Assembly (NCBI GenBank): GCA_028534125.1
Contig: CM052817.1
Coordinates: 77,130,001 to 77,194,000 of the forward strand
Direction of reading: 5' to 3'
DNA length: 64,000 bases
From: Lama glama
Lineage: Eukaryota
Program-made: the position numbers and the translations under genes
Notes under the pieces: model-generated
Seen by the model: only the letters and a program-made list of their open reading frames with translations
Database searches by the model: none
What the model was told of the DNA's origin: nothing
Shown here: piece after piece, positions 13,011 to 28,579 of the stretch
Numbering within the stretch: the first letter of the stretch is position 1
Layout: every line of letters begins with the position of its first letter

Positions 13011-14187
13011 AATAAATAAGCAGTAGAAGTTGGTAACACAGGTTAGGAAATAACTGGAGTTCAAGAACAGCATTTCCAACTGCCCACAAGATAGCACTTC
13101 CTTTTTGCGCCTTGTGCATCTTAAACTCGCACAGACTCGTCACACACTGAACGAGTGCCACATGTCAGGTTCCAAGCAAAATATCAACGTGCTACAGAGG
13201 AGTGAGGCAGGGTCCACGTCACAAGATGTCTAACACCCACTGGGGATAACAGACATGTAAATAGGTAAACTATAATAAGGAAATTGCAATACGAGAGAGA
13301 GAAACTAAAACAGGAGATGCTTCGGGAATGAATTAGGTGTGTCACTACTGAATGATAACAGGAAAAAACCAAACTCCTACAATCCACAAACATGTTCTTC
13401 CTCTGTGTTTCCTATTTTAGATACTAGAACTACCAGACGAACCCTAACTTCACTGTTGCTTCACCTTCAATGAGTGAATGACTTCTTTCTATTCTGTCTT
13501 TATAATCCACCTGTACCCTCCTCTCCATCCTCACTTTAGCTCACCTGACCTCATTCTGACTTCGTGCTCACCGCTTCAAAGTACATACCATAATGTGATG
13601 CTACAAATAGTAACACTACGCAGCAATTCTAGAAACAACTGGATGGGTTAAAAAAATTACAAATAATTTGCCTGTGTGTTTAAACTGCTTCTCAACTCAG
13701 TTTCATAAATGTGGCTAAGAGTCAAGACTGACTGGTCTGAGTGTCACTTCCTCCCATTGAACAGCAAATCAATGGACAAAGAAGTATCTGGAAGAAATAC
13801 ATATATAGGAGGTAATGATAATTTGCAAATAGAAATATCTGGTCTATAAATTCCTGATTTCTTTTTAGCTATCTTAATGATGAAAAAGAATATACACTGA
13901 CCAGAATCCACACTGAAAGAAACATTCCCTCAAGGCTCTGTTAGGGTTTGTTCCTCAACTAAAATCCCTTTCAGGTGTCTTCTCATGATCCACTAAGTAA
14001 GAAATGGGTGAGACAGAACTAACTAGCTCAGGCAAAAATATTTCAGAGCAATTCTACTTTGCAGTTTGTTTTCCCTCTCAACTTTTCTCTCCTTTCAAAG
14101 AGCCAAAGACTTACATAAATGCATGTTTCCTCATATGAGTAGAACACTTTATTGTCTTGTGATTTTTCCTCTAGCATAAAGTTTTCT

Positions 14188-14622
14188 TATTTTTTTTAAT
14201 TGAGGTATGATCAATGTTCAACATTAGGTTTCACTCGTTTCAGGTATACAGCATAATAATTCAATGTTTTTATATGTTGCAAAATGATCACCACAATAAA
14301 TCAAGTTAGCATCTGTCACCATACTGTTACAGGATGTTTATCCTCTGATAAGAACTTTTAATATTTATTCTCTTAGCAACTTTCAAATGTGCAAGATAAT
14401 AGTATTGACTAGAGTTGCCATGCCGTCCATCTCCGTGACTTATTTTATAACTGGAAGCTTGTGCCTTCGGAGCCCCTTTTTGCCCACTCCCCACCCCTCA
14501 TGCCTGTGGGCTCCACCACTCTGCTCTCAGTATCTGTGAGCTTTTGGGGGTTGGTTTGTTTTTCAGATTCCACATACAGGTGAAATCATATGGTATTTGT
14601 CTTTCTCTGTCTGACTTATTTA
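14188..14622 (-). mobile_element. LINE-1 3' end fragment (old L1M-type)
   Basis: Poly-T, then attgaggtat..., tcttagcaactttcaa, ggtatttgtctttctctgtctgacttattt. Confidence 0.85.
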
Positions 14623-17319
14623 GCAGAAAGCACTTTTATTTGACATTTGGTAGTGGATTATGTTTTCAGCCGAGGAAAATTAAGACCCAGAGATGGAGGA
14701 CACAGATCATTGTCATATTCCAGAACCATGCGGCCTCAGTGCTATTTCTGGGCTAATTACCAGTTAGGCATCTTACACGTTATGGATTAAGAATGTTATT
14801 AAACTCCCATATAGAAGCATGGTCATGCAGTTTTTTAATATCTTGCAAGTCACTGGTGGCTTCTCATTAATCAGGTCATATTAATACAGTTTAGAAATCT
14901 GTTGTCCTAAATACCACAAAAAGATGAGCTTAATCCCTGGTAACAGTATCAGGACTGTTAAGTCTGATGAGAGGTGACTGGATTATGGAGGCAGAGGGAA
15001 GGAAACGGAGGAAGTAAGAAGGGAAATTTATGGTAAAAAAGAAAAATGAAGTGAAAGTATCAGTCCGTGTTTTTGAGGTGGGGAAGAAAATGGTGGCAAC
15101 AGATCACTACTTAAAATCTTTCCCCACCTCCCTGATCCGCTCCATAAATAACGAAATTATTCTAGGGGAGAAAAGGTGTGAGTAAGGAGGGAGTGGAAAT
15201 TCATATGAATCCAGTTTGACTGAATTTGTAGAATCTGTTTCTTCTTTGGGGTTTTGAAGGAATAGATGTGGTAATGAAAAAAAAAAACTGCAGTTAAGGT
15301 CATTGACTCGCCTTTTGAAGTCGGTGTACTTCCACATGATGCAACATATTTAAGTTCAGAACAGTGAGTTACTAGATTTAATTTAAAAAAATTATTTTGC
15401 TTATGTAAGCTTTAAAAATTGTTTTCATGCTGTTTTTAGTTATGTGTCTTAACCCAGCATCCATCCTATGGCCCCCAGAGTGGATGCCTCTTTAAATTTT
15501 GCACCCTAAGGAAAAGCAGGTCTGCTGAGGTCCAGTCACATATAATCTGGGTGTAAAGTTCCTTAACAGTCTTGCTTGTATCTAGGAAACTTTGGGGTCT
15601 ATGGTAAAAGGGTGGAATTCCTCAATGAATCTCTCTACAGAAATTACTTCTTGCAAGTAAACTATGGAAGGCCACCAAATCTGAAATCTCTGAATTTACA
15701 TTCTCTAAAGAGAACTCCAAGTCTAACCATTCTATTTTTAAATAATGGTATATTTTAATATAGTTGCTTCCCCACTCCATGATGGATAATCCAAGGGGAC
15801 CTAAGTTAAACGTACACTTGAAATGTGCTAGAGGAGAAAGAAAAATCTCCAAAAGAACAGGAATAACCTTTATCAACTTTTTTGAGAAAAATATTGGCAT
15901 CATAACATTGTTACTCCAGAAATAATTAAACTGTGGAAACAGGGCCTAGTAGTAAGGCAAAGCTTTTAATTTTAAACCAGGAGGAACCAACAAATTTTAT
16001 TTCTTTCCTTAAATAAGCAATAGATTTGTTTTTAACTTAAGGTTTTTGAAGTCAGTTGTTTAAAGATTAGCAAATAAACTTCCTGAGAGGACACTAACCG
16101 TACCTGTTCTTCTTCAAAGAATCCTTCTGAAGTGTGAGCTACGCCAGAGACAGTCACGTTTCCAGAGCTCAAAAACAAATAGCAAAACTGGGCTATGAAG
16201 TGATCGGGGCTGGACTAGGTCCAGCTGCACCTGGTGGGCTCTGTGGAAATTAAACACGCGTGCTCTGAAGTAGGACTGATACCGGAGTTCCCCAAACTGG
16301 CAACTCCTCTGGGTAATAAAGAGGACTGACATACAGATTCGAGAGTTGCTCCTGTGATTATCAACAGGAGATGAAAGAACGGATGCTGCTTTAATCAGTC
16401 TGGACAGCACAGAAAGGAATTTTTGTGTCAAGTCCAAGCTAACTAACTATCTGTATTTGTTTGCATTTCCTTCTTCACTCCGATTATGAATTTGGCCCCA
16501 GAGGTACCTGCACCACCGCTGCTTCTGCAGGGTTGCCCTGGGTGGGGTTTCCGGTGTCCTGCCAGCACTCACTATCAACCAGGAGTTAAAGCCAGAACGT
16601 CTTCCCGTATGTTCTTCACTGTCTTCTTTTTAATTCAAATTCTATACTCGGATATTCAACACACAACTGTGAAAAATGGCGTCTTACTTTAATTCACATA
16701 CGGAAGAATATGAAAAAGGACAGGTGCAAAATGAATGTGCATAAGTTCTACTCTTTTGTTTTTACAAGAGACAGGCTTATCTGAAGGATCTAAAATTTCA
16801 AATTACTACAAATTACTAGTTCTTTCAAAACTCTTCATACCTATTATTAATTTTTAAATAAAAAGAACTCTGAAATTTATAAACTGTATTTATGTTTGTA
16901 AGAGATCAAGAAGCCATTACTGCCATTGGCGCATGTCAGCTTTGTTAATATGTCCAAAAGGTACTTAAGCATCCACATTTCACAATGTAATATCCATCTC
17001 TGTATGCAAGAGAGAATCCCATTTATATTGACATTTCTTACCTATAACATTCTTTTGTTTATACATAATGTAGTGGCTGTCAACCTAATCTGCACACATA
17101 TTTTTTGGGTTCATGCATCTTGTAAAGCCAGTAAGTTTTTTAACGTTAGCTGTAAAAATACCACAGTCCCCCCAAATGGCATTGTCAGTCTTCTTGGTTA
17201 TATGGTTTACTGCACAGCATTTAAGTGCCTGGAACATGATAAGCCTTTACGAGCAGGATGCTGAGTGAACAAGAAGTCGTTGGTAACACTTTAGCACCTG
17301 AGGACAGCAGGTGGCTTAC

Positions 17320-17438
17320 CTGGCTTGCTGCAGGTGGACTTGCACAATTCTTCCGGTAACACGCCAACATGTGGGCAGTCTGATTAACTAAAATTTCCCG
17401 AATGACCTTCAAGGGCTGGTGTAAAACTGCTTTAAAAG
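17320..17438 (-). CDS. SEC24D: SEC24D coding exon 19 (119 nt): [40 protein letters not shown]
   Basis: Peptide inside ORF 17221..17448(-); acceptor gcaaatag, donor CAG|gtaagc. Confidence 0.97.
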
Positions 17439-18082
17439 CTATTTGCACAAAACAATGAAAAGGGCATCAAAGTTTAGCTCAGAAATTGATTATTTTTATA
17501 ATACTAAAGAAGAACAAATTGCTATTATCTTGAGACCACTCAGCAGGGAATAACAGCACTTAAAAATGTTCAAGTCATTTGCTAATGCTCTCCTCTTGAC
17601 TAACTATGATGATCAGGCCAATGGAGAACAATACGTACCTATAACAAAAGGCAGATTAACTGGTCCTGATTTTTTCTCAGAGTATTAGCAACAGAACTCT
17701 ACACGCAGAGAAAAGAAAGACCAGTCTTCCATCTTCTAATGTTCTGAATTCCTATCGGCTGGATTGTTCTTTCTTCTAAATCTTAGTGTAGAATTTCAAC
17801 TGGGGTTTAGGGCAAGGGGGGAGAAGGAGCCAGAAAACTCTACCTCGGGCCCCTACCATTACCTAATTCTCTTGGAATGGATGAGTGAGGTCAGCTCACT
17901 TCTTCCATTATCCCCGCGTGCCAGAGGGCAGGCTCACACGCCACCATGGGTCTGAGTATCATCTTCCTCAGTTTCAGCTCAGCTCCCTGGGAAGGAAACT
18001 TTAAACAAAACTGGATGGCATGGGCCGGACTCCGTTCTCTCCTTATTCGTCTAGAGGTAGAGATGCTGACCACTCTCTTTCA

Positions 18083-18367
<285 letters not shown>

Positions 18368-19246
18368 TTAGCACATTCACCCAAGCTAGCCTGACTTCTG
18401 TTTACAGAACGGCCTGTGCAGCTAAAAGACCTCTAAACTTGCCCGCAAAATTTTTTCCATTTTTGCTAAGGATTGAACAACAACACATGAGGGAGGAATA
18501 CACTGGGTTTCCATGTAGCATTTCAGTCGTTTTAACACAGTTCTTCACGTCAAAGATCTGTTTGCACTTCCAAAACTAGACTACATTTCCCATCTCAGAT
18601 TTCACTGTCAGGGATTCAGGTTCAGAAATAATATCTGCATGTTCTCATAGTCCTGCTCAAGGCTCACTTTGCTTAAAAACAGACAACTAGCTTTGGTGAT
18701 GCACTCGGTTTTTATACAAATGATACATGTATCCGTTTCAGGAGTGCACGTTAGAGTTCTTCTTTAACTCGATGGCAGCCTCTCTCCCTGGAGGAGGTGA
18801 CGATGCTCATGTCTGAAAACTATGACTGTTAGAATTTCTCCTGTTTTAATTCTAAGCCTCCATGGCTTCTAAATTTCATTTACTACCAAGCCAACTCCTG
18901 TTGATACTTGCTTGTGACATGACAACATGTGCTCAGCACAGTGTCTGGCGTCTGGCAGGAGCGCAGCAAAGGAGGGAGCGAGTGGGTCCCGGAGCCCGAG
19001 AGAACTGAGGGGGCCGGCAGCCAGTGTGCTGACGCCTGACATCCTGACCTCAAGTCGGCGGGGCCCTCGTGCAAACACAAAACCATCATTCCTTCACGTA
19101 AACAGCATATGAATCAGAGCACTCTAATCTAGTGACTTCTGCCTTTGGAGAAATAGAGTTGAATTTCTTAACAGAGAGACTAACATAGTTCACGGTATTT
19201 GAGGCTCCCCACTTACCACTGTCAGCAACAAAGCAAAAACATTTTA

Positions 19247-19435
<189 letters not shown>

Positions 19436-19525
19436 TTACTGTTGTTTTCTTTGTTGGCCTGTTATTAGTTTGAAGTGGAAACAACTGACCAATAAAGACC
19501 TAAAAACAGTACAAAGGAATAGTAC

Positions 19526-19622
19526 CTGTGCTGGTACGAACTCTCATAATAGCATCAAATCCTATTTTCTTTTCAATATCATTTCTGAGGTCATTCAAAA
19601 ATTGTTGACTGTCCAAGTGCAC
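19526..19622 (-). CDS. SEC24D: SEC24D coding exon 16 (97 nt): [32 protein letters not shown](G)
   Basis: [11 protein letters not shown] beta-sandwich motif; acceptor tttttcag, donor CAG|gtacta. Confidence 0.97.
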
Positions 19623-20573
19623 CTGAAAAATAAAGTATGGTCACTGTCCACCAGGTGGCAGTAAAATACTTAAAATACGAATTCTTATTTAAAAAAAAAA
19701 ATTCGATTAAAACCCACTTTATCCAGAAATCTTAAGACAGGGTTCTTAAAGCCTTTTCAATGTGATTTCATTTGTAATCTTTGGTCTTATCAAGTCCCTT
19801 AGCTGGTAAATATGTAGCCCAGTGATTTTTTTTGTATTGATGAGAAATAAAAATAGATGATTAACATTTGTCATTTACGTTGGGGGAACACTCCATGTTT
19901 CCACATGGAGGTACATATCTTAGAGGCTCCCCTCGCCCCAACACCTTCCCCTCCAGCGATGGCAGGTGACTTTTCTGCTGTGTAGGTGTGGGAACAGGAT
20001 CCAGGTGCACATAGCTCAGCCTCTTCTGCATCCTCTCCCTGGGGAGGCAGGCTGCCTGCAGGACCACACACTTCCTGGCCCTCAGTACGGTAGCTTGCAA
20101 GGGACAGGTGTCCACAGGCGAAGCCTGTACCTGTGCCCACTCTATGCCTCTGGGTGTGAGTCTGTCTCACTGAGGGGTGAAGTCTAGCGAGCCCACTTGC
20201 CTGCAGACCATTACGGTGCTGACATTCTGATCATCTCTCGACTCTGTCTCTCAGTTCAGGCTTGGAAGAGAGGGTAGAATGAACTGGCCCCCAAATCATA
20301 ACAAGTTAAAACAAGTATGTGGTCACTTTTAAAAACAGTATCTTAAGATATGTAATAAAAAATGTAAAAATTTTATATAAAATAAATTTTCCCTCCAGCA
20401 TGGAAGCTAACATTGACATTCAACCCTGCGGCTGAACAAGCTCAGTCTGTTGCCAGACACTGAGGGAGAGGAAAGCAGGTACGTAAGCACCTGTGCACCC
20501 GTTTCTGTCCCCTCTAGAGTTTACACCTGTCAGCTGCCCACAAGGGGGCACAGCTTTCTCAACCTATGATCTA

Positions 20574-20840
<267 letters not shown>

Positions 20841-21480
20841 TCATGTTTCTGGTTTTGGTTTTTCATTTCTACTGGATTCTTACTGAATTTTTTTTAATGG
20901 AAAAAATTCTTTTTTTCCAGTTAAGTGGCCCGGGGTGACTGAATGAGCTGTGGTATCGTAAGTGCAGCGGCCACTGCCTAAGACCGTGTGTGTGCCCGGC
21001 ATGTGCCGTGTGAAACGTGTGCCCAACTGTGTGTGACCTCCGACAACTTTAGTGAAGCCGGCAGTGCTCTCCCGCTCACATACCGAGATGAGGCACCTTG
21101 CCACCTCATGGGTCATCCTTCCCACTGACTTGTCCCCATGGCTACACTGCCCACAGGCTGGAGCAAAGCGGATTTTGAGCACCAGCCACCTCTACTTGAT
21201 AGCTCAAAAGTGCTGTTGTGTGCAGCCCCCACGTTCTCCCTCTACCCTGATCTTCCGTTTGCATTTCCCCCATTTCTCCCGTGTCTGGAATAGCCTTATC
21301 TCTCAGTCTCTCACACAGATCACATGTGAAAAAAGGTTTTGTAGAAACACACAATTTCTTAAATTAATTGCACTTCACACTCTCTCTGCAACATACAACG
21401 TCCTGGATTTATACATTACATTTAACCTCTCCCCTTTTCCTACACAAAGCACACTTTCCCTGTCTCTTCACTCCCTTTTA

Positions 21481-21669
<189 letters not shown>

Positions 21670-21724
21670 CTAAAAATGAGTCTTGGATGGAAAAGTTTCA
21701 TTTTAAGGGATTCAGAAATATAAA

Positions 21725-21900
21725 CTATTAGTACTTTCCATGAGCCAAGCACTGTATACATCTCATTTAATCCTCACAACAGCCTTGTGCCTTACATAGA
21801 TCTGGAAACTGAGGCTCAGAGAGGATACGTGATTTGCCTAAAGTCACACAAGTTGTAAACCAAAGGGCCAATATTTAAATGTCGGTCTCTATACCATGAT
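21725..21900 (-). mobile_element. MIR SINE
   Basis: tctcatttaatcctcacaacagcc...ggaaactgaggctcagagagg...tttgcctaaagtcacaca. Confidence 0.8.
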
Positions 21901-22589
21901 GCTTTAAAAACCTATTAAAATGATGTGCCAACGTAAAAATACTTTCTTGTTTAGCCAACAATATAGGACTAGGAGACTCCTACGATGCCAAAGTAAATGA
22001 CAGGATTCCCAGGCTCAGGAGGCAACAGAAGCTCTTCTTTGAAACTGTTCATAAACATAGATTAAACCTGAAGTGGTGTTTCAAGGAAGAGAGCACAAGA
22101 TGCAGTGGTGTTGTGGCAACAGCAGACACAGGGAACCAGCTATCGGGCAAGGTGACAAAAGGAAAAAAATGTGGGATCAAGATTACACTGTACACCTGTA
22201 GTCCCTGGGAAGCAACAGAAAGACCAAGAAGGCTCCAAGAAAGTCAAATCAGCATTAAAAAATATTTGAAATCTTATTTAAGGAGCTAGGAAGTAACCTC
22301 CCAAGCAAAATTTACTGAAATTAGGTGATTCAGTATATTCTGTCGCTCCCCTCCCCCAATCTTGCCTTCCTCCAACCGCCCCCTCCCCCGCCTCCCCCCC
22401 CCCCCCGCCTCCCACCTGGCACATGGCTGCCAGAGCGCCGTCTTTGAAAGAAAGGCCTCTGTTCTGATCACATACAGGGCTTTTCTCCTTAAGACTCCTG
22501 AAGGCTTCCCGTCACAGGACAAAGTCCACATTCCTTTATCTGCGTGGGAGCTGGAAGGCTGGGAACCAGTGAGATGAGTTGCTACCAAC

Positions 22590-22790
22590 ATTCACCGTGT
22601 GCATCTCCGTGCCGGGCCTCTAGCACGTTTCTTACTTAATAGTCACAGCCTGGTGAAGGGGGTATTATGGCCTGTATGTTAAGGATAGGAAACACTGAGG
22701 CTCGTCCAATCTGCCGCAGGTCACACAGACTGTAGACAACATTTTCAAGGCCCTTTGAAGTTCAGTCTGAATTTCTTTCCAGTCTAACGT
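22590..22790 (-). mobile_element. MIR SINE remnant
   Basis: cttaatagtcacagcc...ggtattat...gaaacactgaggctc...aggtcacacag. Confidence 0.55.
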
Positions 22791-23619
22791 CCAACGTTTC
22801 CTCGCCCCTGCCATACCCCGCACTGGAAGTTTCCACCACACAAGCTTCTTGTTTTTACCACGTGTTCCCTCTGCCTGGAACCCACCTCTCCCCTTCCTCG
22901 GCCTGGAGCTGCTGTTTGCAAAGACTGGGTTTAGTGGCCGACACTGGTGTGCCTGCAGCAGCTGCAGGATGTATTGTGAAGCTATTTGCTAACAATAAGG
23001 TACTTGGGTTTGTGAGTAACTTCCTTAAAAAGGCAAGGAAGAGAATTCAAGGGTCGCTCTGCCCTGATGTGTCTCACGGGGTGACATTCTGACATGCTTT
23101 CTGGAGTGGGGCCCAGGGGCGGGGTCTCTGCTGACACACTGGGAAGGGGATATAACCCATGCCCTGTCTTGTCTTTGCTGTGTGGCCAGGAGTGGGCTGC
23201 GTGAGTCTCCCACTGAAATGATGGACAGATGCAGCACTAGTAGGAAGCAAGGCAAGGCGGAGTGAAGCCGGGACCCGCCCTGGGTGTAGCGCTGCACAGG
23301 AGCGAGACACCGTCCGCGCTTTCCCCAATAAAGACAGTAGTTCCGATGCAAATCCAAGCACAAGGTACAGTAATATTGATAATAATGTGTTAAATTTTTT
23401 GAAATTCTTTTTTTTTCTTTTCTAGCACTTCGACTATTGTAAAAGTACTTTTTGTTTGTTTTAATTCAAGTAGAAGAAGGTATAAAACTTTTTTTTAAAA
23501 ATCTATCTTCTCCCTGACTTTTTTTGCCTCGCCTACCCAACTCCCCTAAGGAATTCACGATCAAAAGTCCCTCTCTCCATCTAGATAGTCTCTACACTTG
23601 GAAGTACTGTGATTTTATG

Positions 23620-23810
23620 CCACAGGAGTTATGAGCACGAGCCCTGGTCCCCATCTGCAGGGGCCAGAACCCCAGCCGCTGTATTAGCTGAGTGACACCG
23701 GGCAAATTATTTACCTTCTCTCACCCCCAGTTACCTAGTTACATGACACAGGAAAAATAGTAACGACATAAAATATTGTTGGGAGAATTCAGTGACCCAG
23801 TACACGGTTT
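23620..23810 (+). mobile_element. MIR SINE remnant
   Basis: tattagctgagtgacaccgggcaaattatttaccttctc...cagtt...tgttgggagaattcagtga. Confidence 0.55.
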
Positions 23811-26800
23811 AGTTATAATTAAACATACATGATTGCCTGGTTAATATTACCTATGGAGTAAAACCCTAAAGGAAAAAAATAGGCCCATTAAAATAAAGTT
23901 CAATATTGAAAAAAAAAAAGTAGCCATATTTATCTTTTTTTCCTTATATAAAGGCTATTTAAATTTCACATTTATAATTTCATGAATCACATCCTTATAA
24001 AATCTTTTATAAGTAACAATAAAAGAAAGAGCACCTATGGCATTACATGCTTTCTAGCCCTACAAAATTTGTTATGTTTTTACCAAAATCTGATTGTGCC
24101 CACCTCAGTGTATCATCTAGGGTTAGATGAATGACACATGTCATTCTTATTGGGATGGAAAACAGGTTGAAAAAGGCCGGGGAACGCGTTGTTCCAAATT
24201 CAGCTCCAAGTCCTTTCCTCTGAGAGATGTGTTATTATCACCTTCAGCAGAGCTGGCTGCCTCTCCCTCCATGGCCCCACTCTACTTGGCAGATAAGACT
24301 TTTCTAGAATTAATGACCCTGGGTTACAACTTTATTCTACTGTCTTTTTGGATCAAAGGCTCCATGAAAAGGAAGGACTCTGACTTTTCTGCAATGTGTT
24401 TCTCCATGCCGCCCCAGGTCTAATGCCTTACACTCTACAGGTGCGCCATCAATCTTTGTGGAAGGAATGTTGTGAGGCATCGCCTTGAAACCAAATTCAC
24501 ACACATATTAAGACAACTGAAAGATAAAATTCCCCCCAACTAATGATCTACTTGAAGCCAACTATGAAGGGCCATTTCCCTCCGACTTTTTGCTAAATTC
24601 TATTAATCTAGTTTTACAGAGGAAGTAAGGGACAACTCAGAAAACTGTTTGGAGGCTGGCTGAAAAGACAATGTCAGAAAGTCACATATAGTTGAGTTAT
24701 GACATTCAGATTTGGAAAGAGATGCAGATTTTGAAAGACCATGGGAAAAAAAGACAATGAGAGCACAACATGCTGTGGACATGGAATCATGTAGAACAGA
24801 AAATTGTGCATCAAAGTCTTTGGATAGACGGTTCAAGGACTTCTGAGAAAGCATGCATAAGAACTTTCCAAGCAGTTCCTCTTTATCTTTATGACAAATT
24901 AGCATATGTTTTGTGTTAGGTTTTGTCTACTGTCTTTGCTTGAAAACTTTATTACAACTAATTATATAGAGATTTGACTTGGCATCTATCTGATAGAAAG
25001 TAAAGCTATCATTCAAATGGGGGAGTCCAGTTCTAAAATGCCTTCACTTGGACACAAATAAGAAACATTGCACTTTGATGTTCTTCCAGTTTCTCCTCCC
25101 CGTCCACCGAGGATGAGCCTCTCACCTCTGGCCTCATGTACAGGGTACCCTGAGCTACTCGGCTGACCTGCCGCCACCCTGGACTTTCCAGAGTTACTCT
25201 TTGCTCTCCTCCCCACTCCCTTTCTTGGAAATACTAGCAACAAACATCATACCTTGTATTACAGAGTTACATCCTTTCTGCCACACTATAAGCAACTCAG
25301 AAGCAGGGACAGCAGTCCTTACATTATAAAACATAGGCATTTAGTCAATCTTTGTAGATTGAGAGAACAAGTGAATGAATGATGTGGTCTCCTCAGTATT
25401 TAGATACTACCCTGCATATTCTCAAAAGTGGTAGCTCTCAGCCTAATAACTTCAGGCATGAATGTGAGTACCCTTGTATACAAGTGACACAATTTTAAAT
25501 CTGACTGAGTTTTAGCCACATGGGACCTGAAAAGAGGATGATATAATATGCCTGTCAGAGGTAGCTAAACTATCATGCACACATTAGACATGTACACACA
25601 CACACACACACATACTTTTAGCTTATTTGAAAACTTTTCCTTCTTCATCCAAACCTGATAAAGTTACTAAGAGGCAGAAAGTGTAAATTGCAGAGACAAG
25701 CATCAATTGAACAGCAGCAGTTTCTGCAATGAATTTTAATCACCCAGAATCTTCCTGGAAGATGCACGAGAAACTTCTTCATTAATTTGTTATTTATAGC
25801 AACAATTTATTTATTAAAAAAAGCTTTGAGGAAATAGACAATTAAAGGCAATATACCATAGAATCGCTAAGGCAACTGTAAAGAACTAGGTATCAGTAAG
25901 AAGGTCGGGCAGAGAAGTAATTATATTAGAAAAATCTACTCTAAGTAGAAGAAGTTATCTCTTTCTTGGTAGCTAAGGCTCAAAGAAACATCATGAGTTA
26001 GAATGAGTGTAGCAACTGACTCAATGAAACTGGTTAGCGAATCTTTCTACATGCGAGAAACTGAATCATGCAATAATGTCTCCACTTAATGTTCTGCACA
26101 AGAAAGAAACTTTCTCCATAGTGTTCTTCCTTAATTTAACCATTAAGTAAAAGCTTAGGGAAAGATGTTAAATCATGGTTAACTGAAAGCATTCTTAGCA
26201 CAAGTGGAACATATGACGCGTACGGGTCAGGTATGCCATTTTCTGGTGAGTTAACCTGATGTGAGGATATTCTTAGAGGCTGCAGAGTGAACAACAATTC
26301 TTTATGCTGGTGGTTCCCAGATATGGATAATTAGCAGGACAAATTGGGGAGCTGCTGAGTCAGGATCTCTGGAAGTGAGGCCAGAAATCTGCTTTTTTTT
26401 TAAAGTACCTGCCCTTCAACATGTGACTCCTTAGCTGGGGGAGCCCCCGCCTCCCTGCTCCTTCTGCAGCCGTGGGGTCTGTATGAAGACTGGCGCTGGG
26501 AGCACAGTCCGCCGGCAGACGCCCGGCAGTAACTGCCACTGACGTTATGTCCCACAGTGTTCTTTTAAAAAGGCACTTCCTTATCCTTACGTAACAACAA
26601 TTGTTTACCTTCTATAAAGGGAGTTCGTCTTTGTAAGAATAATTAATACTTACTAATTTTGATATTCGTAAAGTTATTCTGATTAGCTATATTTAGATAC
26701 TAGCTTCTTTTCATTCTTAAACCTCAGTGTAAAAGCATATGTTATTCTAACACTAAAATTGCAAATTTAACCAAAAACAACATGCAAAAGACATGAAAAT

Positions 26801-28366
26801 AGACTGGCTGAAATGGACTGGCCTCTGGCAGATGACAGGAAGCTAAGAACACTGACAGCCGCAGTCGCTGTGGTACAGAGTCACCTCAAAGAACATTACT
26901 CTTATTACAAACACAGTGGGCTTCAGTTATGTTTCCTACTGCGGTATCACACCTTAGACACATGGAATGCATGCACACAGATTTGCTTTATATGTTTTTC
27001 TTTGAAGCCTCCTAAGCAGCCTCGAGACCCCCTGTGGAACCCACTGGGATAAGACAGTTCTGCTCCCTTTTAGAAATGATATGTGGGGCTGAGCTGGGAT
27101 CTGGACTCAGGGCCCCTGGAAGCCTTGCCTGGGCTCTTCCTTCCACTCTTCTGTCTTAACTGATGACACACTGGCTGATCAACATCCACTCATCTGTCCT
27201 CTCAGGCACAAGCATGTGAATGTAATTTTACTCCCAGTACTAACTTCTCAGCGTGGAAAGACTTGCGGTGTCATATATAACTTACATCGGGAAATTTACA
27301 TACGGAGTTCTAGACCCCTTATTGGAAGAGAAAACAATTGCAAAACCGTTTCAAATTGAAACAGAAGACATTTGTTGTTAGTCATGTGGAATAAAATAGG
27401 AATTCCCACGTCTTTCTGTAGCCGAAACAATGATTGCTGCTGGCTTTCACAGGATGAAAGCTAACATCTCCAAACTACCTTCTGACATAAAATTCATCTT
27501 TAATTTCATGTTACATTAACACGGTTTGAGGCTTTTTGAGGGACATCTACAAGTCTTTGATCCAATGAGTGAATATTCTGAAGATCAAAACACCCAGGCA
27601 CGAATCACTGTACTACAACCAGACGACAATGTTCAGATGCAAAATTTATGTGGAAGTATCTCATAAACTCAGTTCTGTGGTATTATTGCTGCTAGTGGTC
27701 ATTACTGCCAGCCCTTTCATTTTAGAAGTTAATTTAAATGTAACTTTAATATTAACATTTAAAAATCACCATTACGAGCTAGCTGTCTGGCCAATGTGGT
27801 TTGACTCTTGTGCTAAGGTAGTAATGATTAAAAATAAGCAATTTTCAATCATTTTCCTTCCTCAGATTCCTGTCTTTATTCCTATGAAAATGGCCAGAGT
27901 CCCTGGGGCTCAGCTTCCCAACCAGACACCCAGCCACCCTTGCGTCTGCTTCTGGCGGTCGGCCCCCATTCACTTCTGTCGCTGTCACGACCCTGCCCTT
28001 TGCGTGTCTGAAAATGCCAAGGAAGGAGAGAGATGGGGATTTTTCTCTTCATCTCTGGTAGTTCTGATATTGTTGGAACAATTTTTAAAAAGATCACATA
28101 AAGTTCATAGAAAAGCCAAAGGGAGGAGTTAAACTGGAAACCCTGACAAAATCAGTGGCTCAGATGCTAATAGTTCTGGAATGTAAACGCTGGGGGCGAT
28201 CCGTGGTTTGGGCCACTTCCTCCTGAGATCTGCAGGGAAGTTTGGAACAGCCTCCAGCAACCTACAGGTTTTAATGAAGGCTGTTTTTTCTTTCACGGAT
28301 GAAATTTTCTCTCTGTGTATGTGTGTGTCTGTGTGTCTGTTTTCAACATGTAATTACTAGCAACTA

Positions 28367-28579
<213 letters not shown>

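Noticed and set aside
27569..28132. 187-aa ORF on +
   Set aside because: Intronic antisense, GTG start, no homology I recognise
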